A stretch of DNA of 64,000 bases from a virus: the IMG/VR virus record IMGVR_UViG_3300028584_001241. One strand, 5' to 3'. The notes beneath the pieces were generated by a model. It made no database searches and was not told where the DNA came from. It worked only from the letters and a program-made list of their open reading frames with translations. Shown in pieces: positions 50,976 to 61,956 of the stretch; position 1 is the stretch's first letter; each line of letters begins with the position of its first letter. Both the position numbers and the translations under genes were made by a program.

Positions 50976-51755
50976 ATGGATAATAATAAGAGAATAGAAG
51001 ATGCACTTGACAACCACTTTCCAGAATCAGATATTGCTGTTTATCCTATGCAACATTTTAAAGGAATTTACCATGTAAGCGTCAAAGAAACAGACTTCTG
51101 TTTTGGCTGTATCATTAATAATAATTTTTTAAGGGAAATTCAATCAAAAAATGATTGTTTTGAAGCTGTTCAAAAGTCATTAAATATTTTGCTGCCAAGA
51201 CAAGAAAAAATTGAATGTATTAATCATTTCATAAGAGATTTTTATAATAACGGTAAATTTAATCAAATATTTGAAATGTTTTCTTTAATAGATAATGAAT
51301 CTATATATAAGATAACTCAAAATGAAGAGACTAATTATGCAATTTATCACAGTATGGCAAATCAGTCGCCATTAAATAATTGCCGTCTTGATAAAAAAGA
51401 TTATTTAATTTTGTTAAATTGTTATTTTAAAATGACACAAGATAGAAAGCTACTGGCTGTGCCCACTTTATCTTTTTTCAATGGAAACAATAACCCATTT
51501 AAATTTGAAATTTCATTTAATCTTGAAAACCAAACAGCTCATTTTGTGAAATCATATCCTATGTATTATGATGATTTTTTTAAAGATAATAAAATTTTTG
51601 ATTTTACAACAGATTTAGACTTTGTATTTAAAAATTTTATTAATGAAAATGTTATGAAACATATCGACCCAACCCACGAATTAGGTCGTCAATTAGAGTC
51701 ACTGGATGATGATATAGACGAAAAGATAAAACTGTTATTAATGTATTCTATATAA
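50976..51755 (+). CDS. hypothetical protein; MxxI tail
   Basis: Ends KLLLMYSI. Confidence 0.8.
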   Translation: MDNNKRIEDALDNHFPESDIAVYPMQHFKGIYHVSVKETDFCFGCIINNNFLREIQSKNDCFEAVQKSLNILLPRQEKIECINHFIRDFYNNGKFNQIFEMFSLIDNESIYKITQNEETNYAIYHSMANQSPLNNCRLDKKDYLILLNCYFKMTQDRKLLAVPTLSFFNGNNNPFKFEISFNLENQTAHFVKSYPMYYDDFFKDNKIFDFTTDLDFVFKNFINENVMKHIDPTHELGRQLESLDDDIDEKIKLLLMYSI

Positions 51756-51832
51756 TAATGAGCAGTAAAGACTTTTTTATAATAAAAAAACACCTAAGCA
51801 TAGGTGTTTTTATAACTAAAATTAATGATTAT

Positions 51833-52438
51833 TTAATTTTTAAAAAAGATACTCAAAGTCATTACTACAACAAGAAGAACAACTGTCATTAAAAATAAAT
51901 TATTAGACACTTTAATGACTTCTTTTTCATTAGCAATTACAGCTAGTTCTTTGTCTAGGTTTTGACGAACAGTTTCAACATCATTGTTAAATTTTTCATT
52001 AAACTTATCAACAAAGTCATCAGAAGTAAATCGTTCATTATAATACAACCCGATATCACCCGTCACATCATAATGACCATCATGTTCTTTTTCAATATAT
52101 TTAAGATTTTTAACAAAGTTACAAGATGATTTTTGAAAGAATTCATTAAATCCTAGTTCTGCTTCCTTTTCACTTAAACAGCCGACAATATGAAAGGGCG
52201 TCGAAAAGAAAATAAGGCCGTCAATCTCATCAGTTTCAGTAATGATATTAGTCGTCGGTAATGAATTATACTTATACGTTTTGTGAATAGTTTTTTTTTC
52301 AATTGAATACGATATATATTCAGTGACTTTAAAATTAGAAGTTGGCAGCTTTTGTACAATCTCTATCTCTTTTGTTTTTACGTTTTCTACAAAATATTGA
52401 TTAATGTCTTCCCTAATAATCATTCCAGTGTTATTCAT
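51833..52438 (-). CDS. hypothetical protein with C-terminal membrane anchor
   Basis: Ends NLFLMTVVLLVVVMTLSIFFKN. Confidence 0.8.
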   Translation of the reverse strand: MNNTGMIIREDINQYFVENVKTKEIEIVQKLPTSNFKVTEYISYSIEKKTIHKTYKYNSLPTTNIITETDEIDGLIFFSTPFHIVGCLSEKEAELGFNEFFQKSSCNFVKNLKYIEKEHDGHYDVTGDIGLYYNERFTSDDFVDKFNEKFNNDVETVRQNLDKELAVIANEKEVIKVSNNLFLMTVVLLVVVMTLSIFFKN

Positions 52439-52517
52439 AGATTTCTCCTTGTCCTTATCTTAAATATTATGATCCCTAAAATTAAAATAACAAGCACCAT
52501 TCAAGAAATAGTTTATA

Positions 52518-53396
52518 TCATTTCTTTTGATGAATCTTTCCTTGAAGTCCACCTGTATGACATAATACGACTGTTTTATTTTTAATCATTCCATTCTTGA
52601 CCATATCAAAGAAAGCATAGAACATTTTAGCACTGTAGACCTCTTCTAATTCAATATTAAAACACTCTTCAAAGTCATCCATAAACGTTAACAGTTCTGG
52701 TGTGTGTTTAGCATATCCACCGAAGTGATAATCATTATTAATAATATAGTTGTTGTTAGATGAAAAAACCTGAATGGTTTCTGTCAACTCATGTTCAGTG
52801 CCTTTCAAAACATTGATACCAACCACCTGCTCTGTGGTTAATAGATTTGTATTAATACCTGAAATTGTACCACCAGAACCACAAGGAACCCAAATAGAAT
52901 CAAATTGAATTTCTTGACGAATTTCAGTTAACATTTCTTTAAAACCATCAATAGCCAGCAAGGTTGTCCCACCTTCGGGTACCACATAAGCGTCATGCTT
53001 AATTGCCAACTCTTGGTTATAGGTTTCATCATAACGTTTTTTATATTCATCACGACTGACAAAGATAAGTTCCATGCCATTCTCTTTGGCAAAAGAAAGT
53101 GTTGAATTTAGAGGCTTATGAGCAAGTTCTTCACCACGAATAATACCAATAGATTTCAAACCAAGTTGATGACAGGCATAAGAGAAAGCATGAATGTGAT
53201 TGGAGTAAGCTCCACCAAAGGTCACTGCAGTGTTATAGCCGCTGTTTACGATATGTTTCAAGAGAAAAAAGCATTTACGCCATTTATTACCAGAGATATA
53301 GGGATGAATAAGGTCATCTCTTTTGACATAAACATTAAGGTTATGTTCTGCAAAAAGTGGTGAAGATAGTTTTTGTAGTGGGCTATGCGAATTCAA
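52518..53396 (-). CDS. PLP-dependent D-cysteine desulfhydrase / ACC deaminase family enzyme
   Basis: VKRDDLIHP.ISGNKWRK, TFGGAYSNH, PEGG, CGSGGT, VYSAKMF, HTGGLQG. Confidence 0.9.
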   Translation of the reverse strand: MNSHSPLQKLSSPLFAEHNLNVYVKRDDLIHPYISGNKWRKCFFLLKHIVNSGYNTAVTFGGAYSNHIHAFSYACHQLGLKSIGIIRGEELAHKPLNSTLSFAKENGMELIFVSRDEYKKRYDETYNQELAIKHDAYVVPEGGTTLLAIDGFKEMLTEIRQEIQFDSIWVPCGSGGTISGINTNLLTTEQVVGINVLKGTEHELTETIQVFSSNNNYIINNDYHFGGYAKHTPELLTFMDDFEECFNIELEEVYSAKMFYAFFDMVKNGMIKNKTVVLCHTGGLQGKIHQKK

Positions 53397-53430
53397 AAGT
53401 CAACTCCCTATTCATTAGAGAGCCAGTATA

Positions 53431-53967
53431 TCAGGTTTCATCATCTTCATCAATCAAATAAAACGTTTCACTCTTCATATGACGCACTAAATCGTTCCAT
53501 TCTTTCATTTCTTTTGGAAGTGTTAGGACATCATTAGTGAATAAGAAATCCATATTTTCAATATAGTTATTAGCTTTAAATTTAATAGTCAATTCAGAGA
53601 TAATCATCATCACATCATTGATTTTATTTTGATTGTATTGGAGTTCAGAAGTATAGAGATCTTTCATGATGTTTTCTATGTCAAAGATAACCATATATTT
53701 AGTGGAACCATCGGGTTGCTGCTCTTGTTCAAAGATACAACTATTAGGAAGAGTTTCAGACATTTTTTGTCTAAAAGTATAAAGTCTATTGAAATAAAAA
53801 TTGTATTCTTTAATTTCTGGTATTTTCTTTTCGATTATTTTCTTTGGGTCATTAGCCCATTCAATAATGGTTTTTCTGAGTAAAGTGTCTGCTCTTGATT
53901 TAAAATAATCAAAAGATACATGCTCTTTCGTTGTAGCTGACAATGAAATTACAAACTTATCACTCAT
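53431..53967 (-). CDS. hypothetical protein
   Basis: 178-aa ORF with AGGGG RBS. Confidence 0.75.
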   Translation of the reverse strand: MSDKFVISLSATTKEHVSFDYFKSRADTLLRKTIIEWANDPKKIIEKKIPEIKEYNFYFNRLYTFRQKMSETLPNSCIFEQEQQPDGSTKYMVIFDIENIMKDLYTSELQYNQNKINDVMMIISELTIKFKANNYIENMDFLFTNDVLTLPKEMKEWNDLVRHMKSETFYLIDEDDET

Positions 53968-54111
53968 TATAGTCCCCTTTTTATTATGAAACTATATCAA
54001 ATTTTATCTATTTGTCAATATATTAAGGTTTATACATCGCATTTTGATTGACTTATTGTTTTTTTGTATTACTATATTTGACTATAATTTAACAACTATT
54101 TGGAGAAAAAG

Positions 54112-54846
54112 ATGCTAAAAAAACTATTGTTATTGTCGATGATATCTGTATGTTCACTGGGCGTGTATGCAGAGACTAAAGAAGCTACTGATAAAAAGCT
54201 TGAATTTGATTATCAAGACCTAAAACTAGGCGACGTAAGGCATATTAAAATTATCAAAGATCAAAGTATTATAATGCCTACTAGCGATGTATCTGAAAAC
54301 ACTAATCCTAAATTAATTTCAAATACTTTATCAAAAATTTCTTCCTATAAAGTAACACTAAAAGAAACAGCCCCTGCTGATACGTCAGCCATTGAAAATA
54401 TTGAAAAAGTAGAGAAGCTTTTAAAACAAATTGATCTCACTAACAACCTATACAGTGAGAATAAAAATGCTCAGTTGATTGATACCGATCAAGAAGAATT
54501 TAAAACTGAATGTTATTACAAAAAATACAGCTCATTAAAAATTTGTTTTGAGTATGGATTTGGTAAAGTTATATCCATTAGAAAAATAGAGAAAAAAGAC
54601 AGTAATAAGATAGCTGATAAAGAAGAAGACGCTATTGTTGACCAATTAAAAGATGATGGCTATAAAAAAGATGATGATTTTTTCATTAAAGATGGTAAGA
54701 AATTCAGTGTGATTGTTAAGGATAATATTATAGAAACATTCACAACAACACAAGAACTTGAAACTTTTAGAAAAGCAATGGCAAAAGATTTAAAAGAAAA
54801 AAGTTTCAAAAGTTCTATGGATGAACATCTAGAGTTTTTGAAATAA
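54112..54846 (+). CDS. secreted or periplasmic hypothetical protein
   Basis: Signal peptide MLKKLLLLSMISVCSLGVYA; start moved to ATG 54112 behind GGAG. Confidence 0.8.
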   Translation: MLKKLLLLSMISVCSLGVYAETKEATDKKLEFDYQDLKLGDVRHIKIIKDQSIIMPTSDVSENTNPKLISNTLSKISSYKVTLKETAPADTSAIENIEKVEKLLKQIDLTNNLYSENKNAQLIDTDQEEFKTECYYKKYSSLKICFEYGFGKVISIRKIEKKDSNKIADKEEDAIVDQLKDDGYKKDDDFFIKDGKKFSVIVKDNIIETFTTTQELETFRKAMAKDLKEKSFKSSMDEHLEFLK

Positions 54847-54884
54847 ATTAAGCGATATAAAAAAGGCCACATGAGTGGCTTTTT

Positions 54885-56972
54885 TTACATCTTTATTTTG
54901 TTTATTCTTAGAGGTTTTATCTCTGTTTCAAGTTCTATAAATTCGTTAAGATTTAATTCAACTTTACTGATCAGTTTAGTGTTATTAAAAGCAACTTGAA
55001 CTTGACTAGATATCATATTAACTGCGGGCACTTCACAACGATAAAGTTTTGTGCCTAATTTAGAAAGTTCTAATAACTCATCTTTTCCAAACCATGCTAA
55101 CATTTGTTCCTTAGAAGAGAAAGCAAAATTATATTTATCTGCATAACTATTTGAAATCTGATGTCTGCAGTCATAAGCTAAAAATAATGTGGATAATCCT
55201 CTGTCTCTTTGTGGTACTTTTCTTTGATCATATTCTAAAATAGCTGCATTGTTATTATTAACAATATCGCTATCACTGCTATCACTTTTATACACACCCT
55301 TTCCATCGTTCATTTCTAATCGAAAAAGGTAACAAGGTTCTTGATTAGTTTTAATACAGCCCAAGTCAGAAAGTGTCTCATAAAGTGAATGATAACTATA
55401 CGTCAAAAACTCTTTATTAGTGCTTTCATGTGTCGCTATTTGCTGATTGTTTTTAATGCTATCATAGATGCCTCTGTACACTTCCTGAGTGTAAGAAATA
55501 TTTTGATTCAAGACAAAATCTTTTACCATGTTTAATAAATCAGTGGTACCGTTGCCATCCAGTGGAAGTCTAAACGCAAAATCCATGCCTTCATAATGGT
55601 TTTGAAGGTAATATTTATAGTCATCTTCACCTTGTTGAGAAACAAAACATCGTCTAATAAATGTCTCTCTGTCAATGACTTCTAAATTGTTAGTTGATTT
55701 GCTATATTTTTTTAATACATCGACTTTAAATTGATCCATTAGTAAGTCAAGGGGGGATTCATTTAATGTGTATGAATATTGAAATAAATCTTCACTATTA
55801 ATAAGTTTGTCATGTTTAATAATAATGTTTTTATAAAAATCATTCTTTATTTTTTCACTTTGATTACTTAATCCATTTAATTCAATAAAGGCTTCTAATA
55901 TAAAATAAGCATGTTTCTCTTTTTCCGTAAAATAAAGCGGTCTATTTTTATATTGTTTTCTTAATTCTTCTTGTAGTTCATAACGTTGAATTTCGGGTGC
56001 TGTAATAAAGACAGATTGACTACAAACATTACTTGATAATATATCATCTATGACTTTTTTACAGTTCTCTTTATTAGCAACAGTAGACTTCATTGAGATA
56101 TGCCTTACTTCATTAACTTCTGAATTAGAAATGACAACACCGCCCGCATAACGGTTATTCTGGTGTAATACAATCCATGTATGATCAATGTTTCTACTGT
56201 ATTCAAAATGATCAGTTTTACATGGCATATATAATAAATCTAACTCATCATGCATGAAATGACATTGCTTATTAAACGCATGCGGTGAGCCTATAAATTC
56301 TGGATAAAATTCGTAAGGTAATGTCTTCTTTAATAAGTCATAATGTTCTGCAAAGTTTTTGCAAAAAATAGTTTGAATAGGTTCATCCATATTCAATTTA
56401 TCTTGAATTAATGTTTTAATGGTTTGTGTCTTAAAATTTACATTATAGTGACGGCCAATATCAGATTTAAAGAAACTATCTTGGAATGTTAAATCATTAT
56501 CACTCATGGTATAATCAACAACTTTCATACGTTCAAGATATTTTTGTCTTTTCTGCATAAAATTGTCAGATGAATCATGAATGTGATCTTCTACAGCATT
56601 AATAAAATTATACATTTGATCGACATAATCGTTACCTTGTTCAGCATATTTCTTTTTAATTTCCTGATAGGTGTCATCAGCAATATAGAGGTTATTAATA
56701 GGAGTTGAGTTAGTGGTATCATACATAGCATAGTGTTCTTCACCATCCATCTTGCATAACTTGTATTTGCCACCAATAAATTCGTTAAAAACACCTGTAT
56801 TGAAGTAACTGACCATCACTTTACTAAACATGTTAAAGTCATGAAGTTCAAGCTTTCCGTCATAGGTGAGTTTGAATTCAAGCAACTCATTAAAGAAATT
56901 GCTCATTTTATTAGTGTATACTTGATATTTTAGATCTGAATAATCCATGAAATCCCTATGCTTTTTAGTCAT
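54885..56972 (-). CDS. large hypothetical protein with Lys-rich tail; C-terminal domain possibly ADP-ribosyltransferase-like
   Basis: LFRLE..DGKGVY...FAFSSKEQMLAWF...SQVQVAF; ends RINKIKM. Confidence 0.75.
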   Translation of the reverse strand: MTKKHRDFMDYSDLKYQVYTNKMSNFFNELLEFKLTYDGKLELHDFNMFSKVMVSYFNTGVFNEFIGGKYKLCKMDGEEHYAMYDTTNSTPINNLYIADDTYQEIKKKYAEQGNDYVDQMYNFINAVEDHIHDSSDNFMQKRQKYLERMKVVDYTMSDNDLTFQDSFFKSDIGRHYNVNFKTQTIKTLIQDKLNMDEPIQTIFCKNFAEHYDLLKKTLPYEFYPEFIGSPHAFNKQCHFMHDELDLLYMPCKTDHFEYSRNIDHTWIVLHQNNRYAGGVVISNSEVNEVRHISMKSTVANKENCKKVIDDILSSNVCSQSVFITAPEIQRYELQEELRKQYKNRPLYFTEKEKHAYFILEAFIELNGLSNQSEKIKNDFYKNIIIKHDKLINSEDLFQYSYTLNESPLDLLMDQFKVDVLKKYSKSTNNLEVIDRETFIRRCFVSQQGEDDYKYYLQNHYEGMDFAFRLPLDGNGTTDLLNMVKDFVLNQNISYTQEVYRGIYDSIKNNQQIATHESTNKEFLTYSYHSLYETLSDLGCIKTNQEPCYLFRLEMNDGKGVYKSDSSDSDIVNNNNAAILEYDQRKVPQRDRGLSTLFLAYDCRHQISNSYADKYNFAFSSKEQMLAWFGKDELLELSKLGTKLYRCEVPAVNMISSQVQVAFNNTKLISKVELNLNEFIELETEIKPLRINKIKM

Positions 56973-57017
56973 TCTGTTTTTAATATTATAGCATAAGAGT
57001 GAAAAATAAAAAGACGC

Positions 57018-58562
57018 TTAGATCGTCAATTTATTTTGTTGTTTTAGTTTAGATTGAAACGTTTTTAACATATCCTCATTACTTGCCCCTTCTGGTAATG
57101 TAGCGATTATAGGTTTAAGTGTTAAAAATTCAGCATAAGTAACATTCATATCTTTAATAATAATCTTGTAAGGCATTAAATGGTTAAGATTATCTAAATC
57201 AGTGCTTTTATCAAAGCTAGCCACGCCAGAATGAGCTTCAATCGTATTTCTAACATGCTCAGAAAGCTTTTCACCGTCATAAGCACACACTATTTTGTTG
57301 TCTTCACAAAGTTTTAGAAAACGGTTAAAACAGATGACTGCATTTTCATCATTAAGATTTGTATTGATTTTTATATCATCTAAATACAAGACACTTAAAT
57401 TTTCATTAGGTGGGAAAGTATGTCTACCCCCTACTTCCATTAAAACACCGAAAGGCGATGTTGCATATACTCTTGAATACTTACTGTCTTTATTATAGGG
57501 TTCATTATATTCTTTGGTGTCTAAACTAAATGCATTAAAATCCTCCATAAAAGTTTTTTTGTTATTGTCCATTTCTGATGATGTTGTATTACGTGTTTCT
57601 AAAATAGTTTTAATTTGAATCAGCTCATTTTGGTTAACATTAAAATAAGGATACTTATCATACATAGCATCAACCATCACATTCACAATAGGGTGACGTT
57701 CATACATATCACTCACGGATGGTTCCAATAAAACTTTTTTCAATGAACGTAATGTTGTCTCTTTGTATGTTTCAAACCATTCACCTTCAAAGACAGCTTT
57801 AATGCAATCGGATGGATCATCACTAATTAATAATTTTGATAAAAAACTATCATCTTCAAGTTCATTATTCAAATACGATTCTTTAAATTTTTGAGCACTT
57901 GTATAATTAATGCCATCAATTGATGAAAGTGTTCTAAAAAGCATGTCTTTTTCTAATAAGTAATCTAATTTTTCATTAATATTTTTATTAACAAACTCCA
58001 TAAAATCAGGAACAACATGATTCATTTGAATTTCACCAAAAGGTGCAACGATTAAATTAGTTCGATTTTTTTTACCCTGTGTTATATTATCCAACAGTGA
58101 ATAAGCGTCCATTAATGTTGTTTCAACTCTTGAACTATAGGAGAATTTTTTCAAAAAATTCGTATCTGTATTTGTTGAAAAATCCGAATATTTCTCACAG
58201 AATTCATTGAAAGATTTACTTGATTTTACAATATTTAAAAACGACAACTCAGTTTCTTTTACAATGTTTTTTTTAACTTCTTGAATTCCTTTATCGCTAG
58301 CGAAACTTGTTTTATTTGTTTGAACAATATCATGATTAATAACAAAATGTTTAGAAAATAGATCATTTTCCATGATGCCAAGAACTGTATCATTGTCATT
58401 ATGATGTTCTAATTTATGCTTGCTGAAATCTGCTAATAATGCTGGAGATTGAAACAATTTAAATAATGCTAAAGTTAACACTTCATTCATTACAGCAGGG
58501 TCTGAAATACCAGATTGCTCTGCAATGGCTTTCATATCTTTAATATAATCGTTTATATTCAT
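57018..58562 (-). CDS. partner protein of WCI cassette 2; Lys-rich tail
   Basis: Paralog of 60427-61956 (FEGEWFETYKE.TL.SLK, YSRVY..PFGVL.E.GG); ATGA overlap with 58559-60367. Confidence 0.85.
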   Translation of the reverse strand: MNINDYIKDMKAIAEQSGISDPAVMNEVLTLALFKLFQSPALLADFSKHKLEHHNDNDTVLGIMENDLFSKHFVINHDIVQTNKTSFASDKGIQEVKKNIVKETELSFLNIVKSSKSFNEFCEKYSDFSTNTDTNFLKKFSYSSRVETTLMDAYSLLDNITQGKKNRTNLIVAPFGEIQMNHVVPDFMEFVNKNINEKLDYLLEKDMLFRTLSSIDGINYTSAQKFKESYLNNELEDDSFLSKLLISDDPSDCIKAVFEGEWFETYKETTLRSLKKVLLEPSVSDMYERHPIVNVMVDAMYDKYPYFNVNQNELIQIKTILETRNTTSSEMDNNKKTFMEDFNAFSLDTKEYNEPYNKDSKYSRVYATSPFGVLMEVGGRHTFPPNENLSVLYLDDIKINTNLNDENAVICFNRFLKLCEDNKIVCAYDGEKLSEHVRNTIEAHSGVASFDKSTDLDNLNHLMPYKIIIKDMNVTYAEFLTLKPIIATLPEGASNEDMLKTFQSKLKQQNKLTI

Positions 58563-60367
58563 ATTTTTGGTCCTGTTTTTTTAGGTTTTTCTTTATAATC
58601 CCCTAGATTATATTTTTCTTTCATTACTTTTGAGTATTCATCATTGAGCTTGAATACATTAAAATCATTTTTTAAGACTTCCAAATGCAATCCACTATAA
58701 TTTGTTAAAAATGTAAAATTGTCGTCATTCTTTAAATGGCTAGCTAATACTGAACCATCCTTTTTTAGAGTAAAGCCAATCATGGAAGTATTACTTGTTT
58801 CTTTTTCTGTAAAGTCATACATAAAGTACTGACGTGCTCCATTCTCTGTATAGTCTTCAAAGTAATTAGAAGTACGTGAAATGCACCAAGATGGTGAGCC
58901 TAGTTTTTTAGAGGTTGCAAAGTTCTCCACATGGAAAATAACAACACCATCTTTATCATAGCAAGGTTTAATACTATTGCCTTCAAGTTTTGTGCTTAAT
59001 GCATTATATGTAAAACCAGAGAAGTGATCTTTTACTTTGGTCACGTATTCTAAAAACTCTTCTGGTGTTTTTAAAGCAGCAATCTTCTTTCCCACATAAT
59101 TTTGCAAGGATTGTTTATTAACGCCTGCATCATAGATTATTTTTAACATGTCACGAGCTTCTGGGGTTAAGAGGTGTTGATACTTGTTACTGAGTATGCT
59201 GTTCACGTATTGATTGAGCTTATGCTCTAAGACTACTTCGTTAATACTGTCATCAACTGCTTCCATTGACTTATCTGTCATCTGTAAAACATTAATACCC
59301 GAACGAGCAACTACGTCACCATATTGCTGATAGGTATCTAATACTGGAATAATGTCAACGGCTGATTCACTGTCTTCAATGAAACGTTTAAAGAAGGTCG
59401 ATACTTTTGGTTTTTTTCTGGATAGATGACCAATAGCCGACTCATGCAGTTCTTTTCTAGAATCAAAGTAATCATACTCAGATAAGGTATGTCTGTATTG
59501 ACCATTATCAACATAAGCATATGAACCATCCAAGAAAAGAATGCTATCGGGTATTGATTGGCCTTTTAACTGAACTCTTGTTGCAATTAAGTGATCAAAA
59601 TCTTTTGATTTTAAGAAATTAGAAATATCGTTATCAGTATCTATTTGAGAATCACAAAACTTATTTGCCATTGTTTTCATGACTTCGGGTGTTTGCTTTT
59701 TTATGTTTTCTTTCATCGTTTCAATATCAATGGTCATTTTGTATAAAACATTCTCATATCGACTGACATTTTTATTAATCTTCATGAAAAAATCATTCTG
59801 TGATACAACTTTATCATTAAATACTTCAATAAAGTCTTGAATTAAGGCTCGAACATAGGGACCATTACGCTTATTATCTCTAATTTCTTTTATTGTGTCG
59901 GATAAATCCTTGACAGTTAACCTTGCCTTTTTAAAAAATACAGAGCAATCTGTAAGAACTTGTTTGAAGTCATCAAAATTTTCTTGTGACGTTATGCCAT
60001 TTGATTTAGCAAAATCTACCCATTCTTTATACATAGACATTTGACCATTAACTAAACGTTTATCAATCACACCGCCCGTATCATCCAGAGTGAAATAACA
60101 TCGTGTAAAGGATTCAGCTATGTCTAAAATTTCAGAATTCAATGACGCTTCATTGAATTTTTCTTTAATCGTTTCATAAGCTGTCACCACACTGGTGAAG
60201 TCTGATTTAATTTGTGAAACAAAACCTCTATTGATAACAAAATTAGGCGTGTCTCTTGTAAAACCCAAGAACATTTCTTGAGTGATATCACGTTTTGAGA
60301 CTTCTTTAAAATGCTTTTCTATTATTCCTAAACTGTCTCTTACTGATTCATTCTCTTTAAAATGCAT
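58559..60367 (-). CDS. WCI-motif protein (cassette 2); Lys-rich tail
   Basis: LGSPSWCISRTSNYFEDYT..GARQYFMYDF; ends KPKKTGPKI. Confidence 0.85.
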   Translation of the reverse strand: MHFKENESVRDSLGIIEKHFKEVSKRDITQEMFLGFTRDTPNFVINRGFVSQIKSDFTSVVTAYETIKEKFNEASLNSEILDIAESFTRCYFTLDDTGGVIDKRLVNGQMSMYKEWVDFAKSNGITSQENFDDFKQVLTDCSVFFKKARLTVKDLSDTIKEIRDNKRNGPYVRALIQDFIEVFNDKVVSQNDFFMKINKNVSRYENVLYKMTIDIETMKENIKKQTPEVMKTMANKFCDSQIDTDNDISNFLKSKDFDHLIATRVQLKGQSIPDSILFLDGSYAYVDNGQYRHTLSEYDYFDSRKELHESAIGHLSRKKPKVSTFFKRFIEDSESAVDIIPVLDTYQQYGDVVARSGINVLQMTDKSMEAVDDSINEVVLEHKLNQYVNSILSNKYQHLLTPEARDMLKIIYDAGVNKQSLQNYVGKKIAALKTPEEFLEYVTKVKDHFSGFTYNALSTKLEGNSIKPCYDKDGVVIFHVENFATSKKLGSPSWCISRTSNYFEDYTENGARQYFMYDFTEKETSNTSMIGFTLKKDGSVLASHLKNDDNFTFLTNYSGLHLEVLKNDFNVFKLNDEYSKVMKEKYNLGDYKEKPKKTGPKI

Positions 60368-60426
60368 ATAATTAGTGTTTATTATTTTTTATTATTATAA
60401 CATAAATTGAAGAAATAAAAAGACGC

Positions 60427-61956
60427 TTATGGCGTCAGTTTATGGTTGTTTTTTAGTTTAGAGTTTAATATTTCAATAATTTCTTTTTCGTCTAAATGAT
60501 TGCCTAATAATGGAATTTCTTTTTCTAATTGAAGCATTTGATTGTAACTTAAATTCATATTACTAATCATTAACTGATAAGCCATCAATTTATCTTGATC
60601 ACGATCATCTCGATCAATTATAATGACTTTACCTTCAAACTCTTTAAATACATTAACAACATGTTCAGAAATCATATCACCTTCATAACAACAAATAATT
60701 TTATTCTGTTCACAATGATTCATAAATTTTTCAATACATAGTCTTTCATTCTCTTCACTGAGGTTTGAGTTCATAGGCATTTTATTAACCGTAATGATAC
60801 TAAAACCTTTATCGCTATAAGTCTGTTCTCCACCAATTTCAATTAAGACTCCAAAAGGCGTTAAACCATAAACTCTTGAATAATTGTTTTCATCAATTTC
60901 ATCGTCATCATTCAAAATTTCATCAAAAGTAAACTGGTTGGCATCCTCTAAATAAGTGTTTCTATTTTTTTCTTTTTCTTCATTAGCTGTTGTATCATTC
61001 TCTATCACTACTTTTATTTGCAACATCTCATTTTGTGGAATATTAAAGTAAGGGTATTTCTCATAAATAGAATCTAAAATAGTATCAATAATAGGATACT
61101 CACTATACAAGCTATCTATTGTTGGAATAGCTAAACATCTCTTTAATGATGTCAATGTTCTTTCTTTGTAAGTTTCAAACCACTCGCCTTCAAATACGGC
61201 CTCAATACATTCAATGGGTTCGTTGCTAATGAGTAATTTACATAAAATACTATCCTGATCTAATTGATTATTCTTTAAAGCATCTTTAAATTTATCAATA
61301 CTTGTAAATAATAAACCATCAATTGTTGATAAGGTCTGGAAAAAAGTTTCATCTTCTTTTAAAAAATCTATTTTTTCATCAATTGTTTTTGTCAAAAATT
61401 CTGCTAAGCTTTTATCTCCATAATTACTGCGAATGTAGGCAAATGGTTCAACTTTTATTTCAATGTGTCCAACATCGCCATCTGCAACTCTCTTCTGCAA
61501 TTTGCAGGCTTGAATTAAAATCTTATCCATTTTAGTTTGTCTTTCGAATTTTGATAATTCAATGGATTGCGAGAATTCTCTAAAATTCTTAGAAAAATCA
61601 ACAAAAGTATCACTATCCGATAAGATATTAAAAATTTCTTGTTCACATGACTTCAATTCATCATTTTTTACAAATAGCTCATTTTGAGAGTTTATATAGC
61701 TAGATGATGTATTAATGGTGTTATCATCATTAATACTATAACTACCGCTATATAACGTATCCTCAACCAGTGCAAGTGTGTTGCTCTCATGTGCATTATA
61801 GGCTAACTTATGCTTTCTTAAATATCCCTTCAATGCCGGGGTCTGTAACATTTTATAAAGACATAATGTAGCCACTTCATGAAGTTCAGTTGTATCAGTA
61901 ATGCCCGATTTTAAAGCATAATCTTTTATTATTTTTATGTAGTCATTCATGTTCAT
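60427..61956 (-). CDS. partner protein of WCI cassette 3; Lys-rich tail
   Basis: Paralog of 57018-58562; ATGA overlap with 61953-63770. Confidence 0.85.
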   Translation of the reverse strand: MNMNDYIKIIKDYALKSGITDTTELHEVATLCLYKMLQTPALKGYLRKHKLAYNAHESNTLALVEDTLYSGSYSINDDNTINTSSSYINSQNELFVKNDELKSCEQEIFNILSDSDTFVDFSKNFREFSQSIELSKFERQTKMDKILIQACKLQKRVADGDVGHIEIKVEPFAYIRSNYGDKSLAEFLTKTIDEKIDFLKEDETFFQTLSTIDGLLFTSIDKFKDALKNNQLDQDSILCKLLISNEPIECIEAVFEGEWFETYKERTLTSLKRCLAIPTIDSLYSEYPIIDTILDSIYEKYPYFNIPQNEMLQIKVVIENDTTANEEKEKNRNTYLEDANQFTFDEILNDDDEIDENNYSRVYGLTPFGVLIEIGGEQTYSDKGFSIITVNKMPMNSNLSEENERLCIEKFMNHCEQNKIICCYEGDMISEHVVNVFKEFEGKVIIIDRDDRDQDKLMAYQLMISNMNLSYNQMLQLEKEIPLLGNHLDEKEIIEILNSKLKNNHKLTP

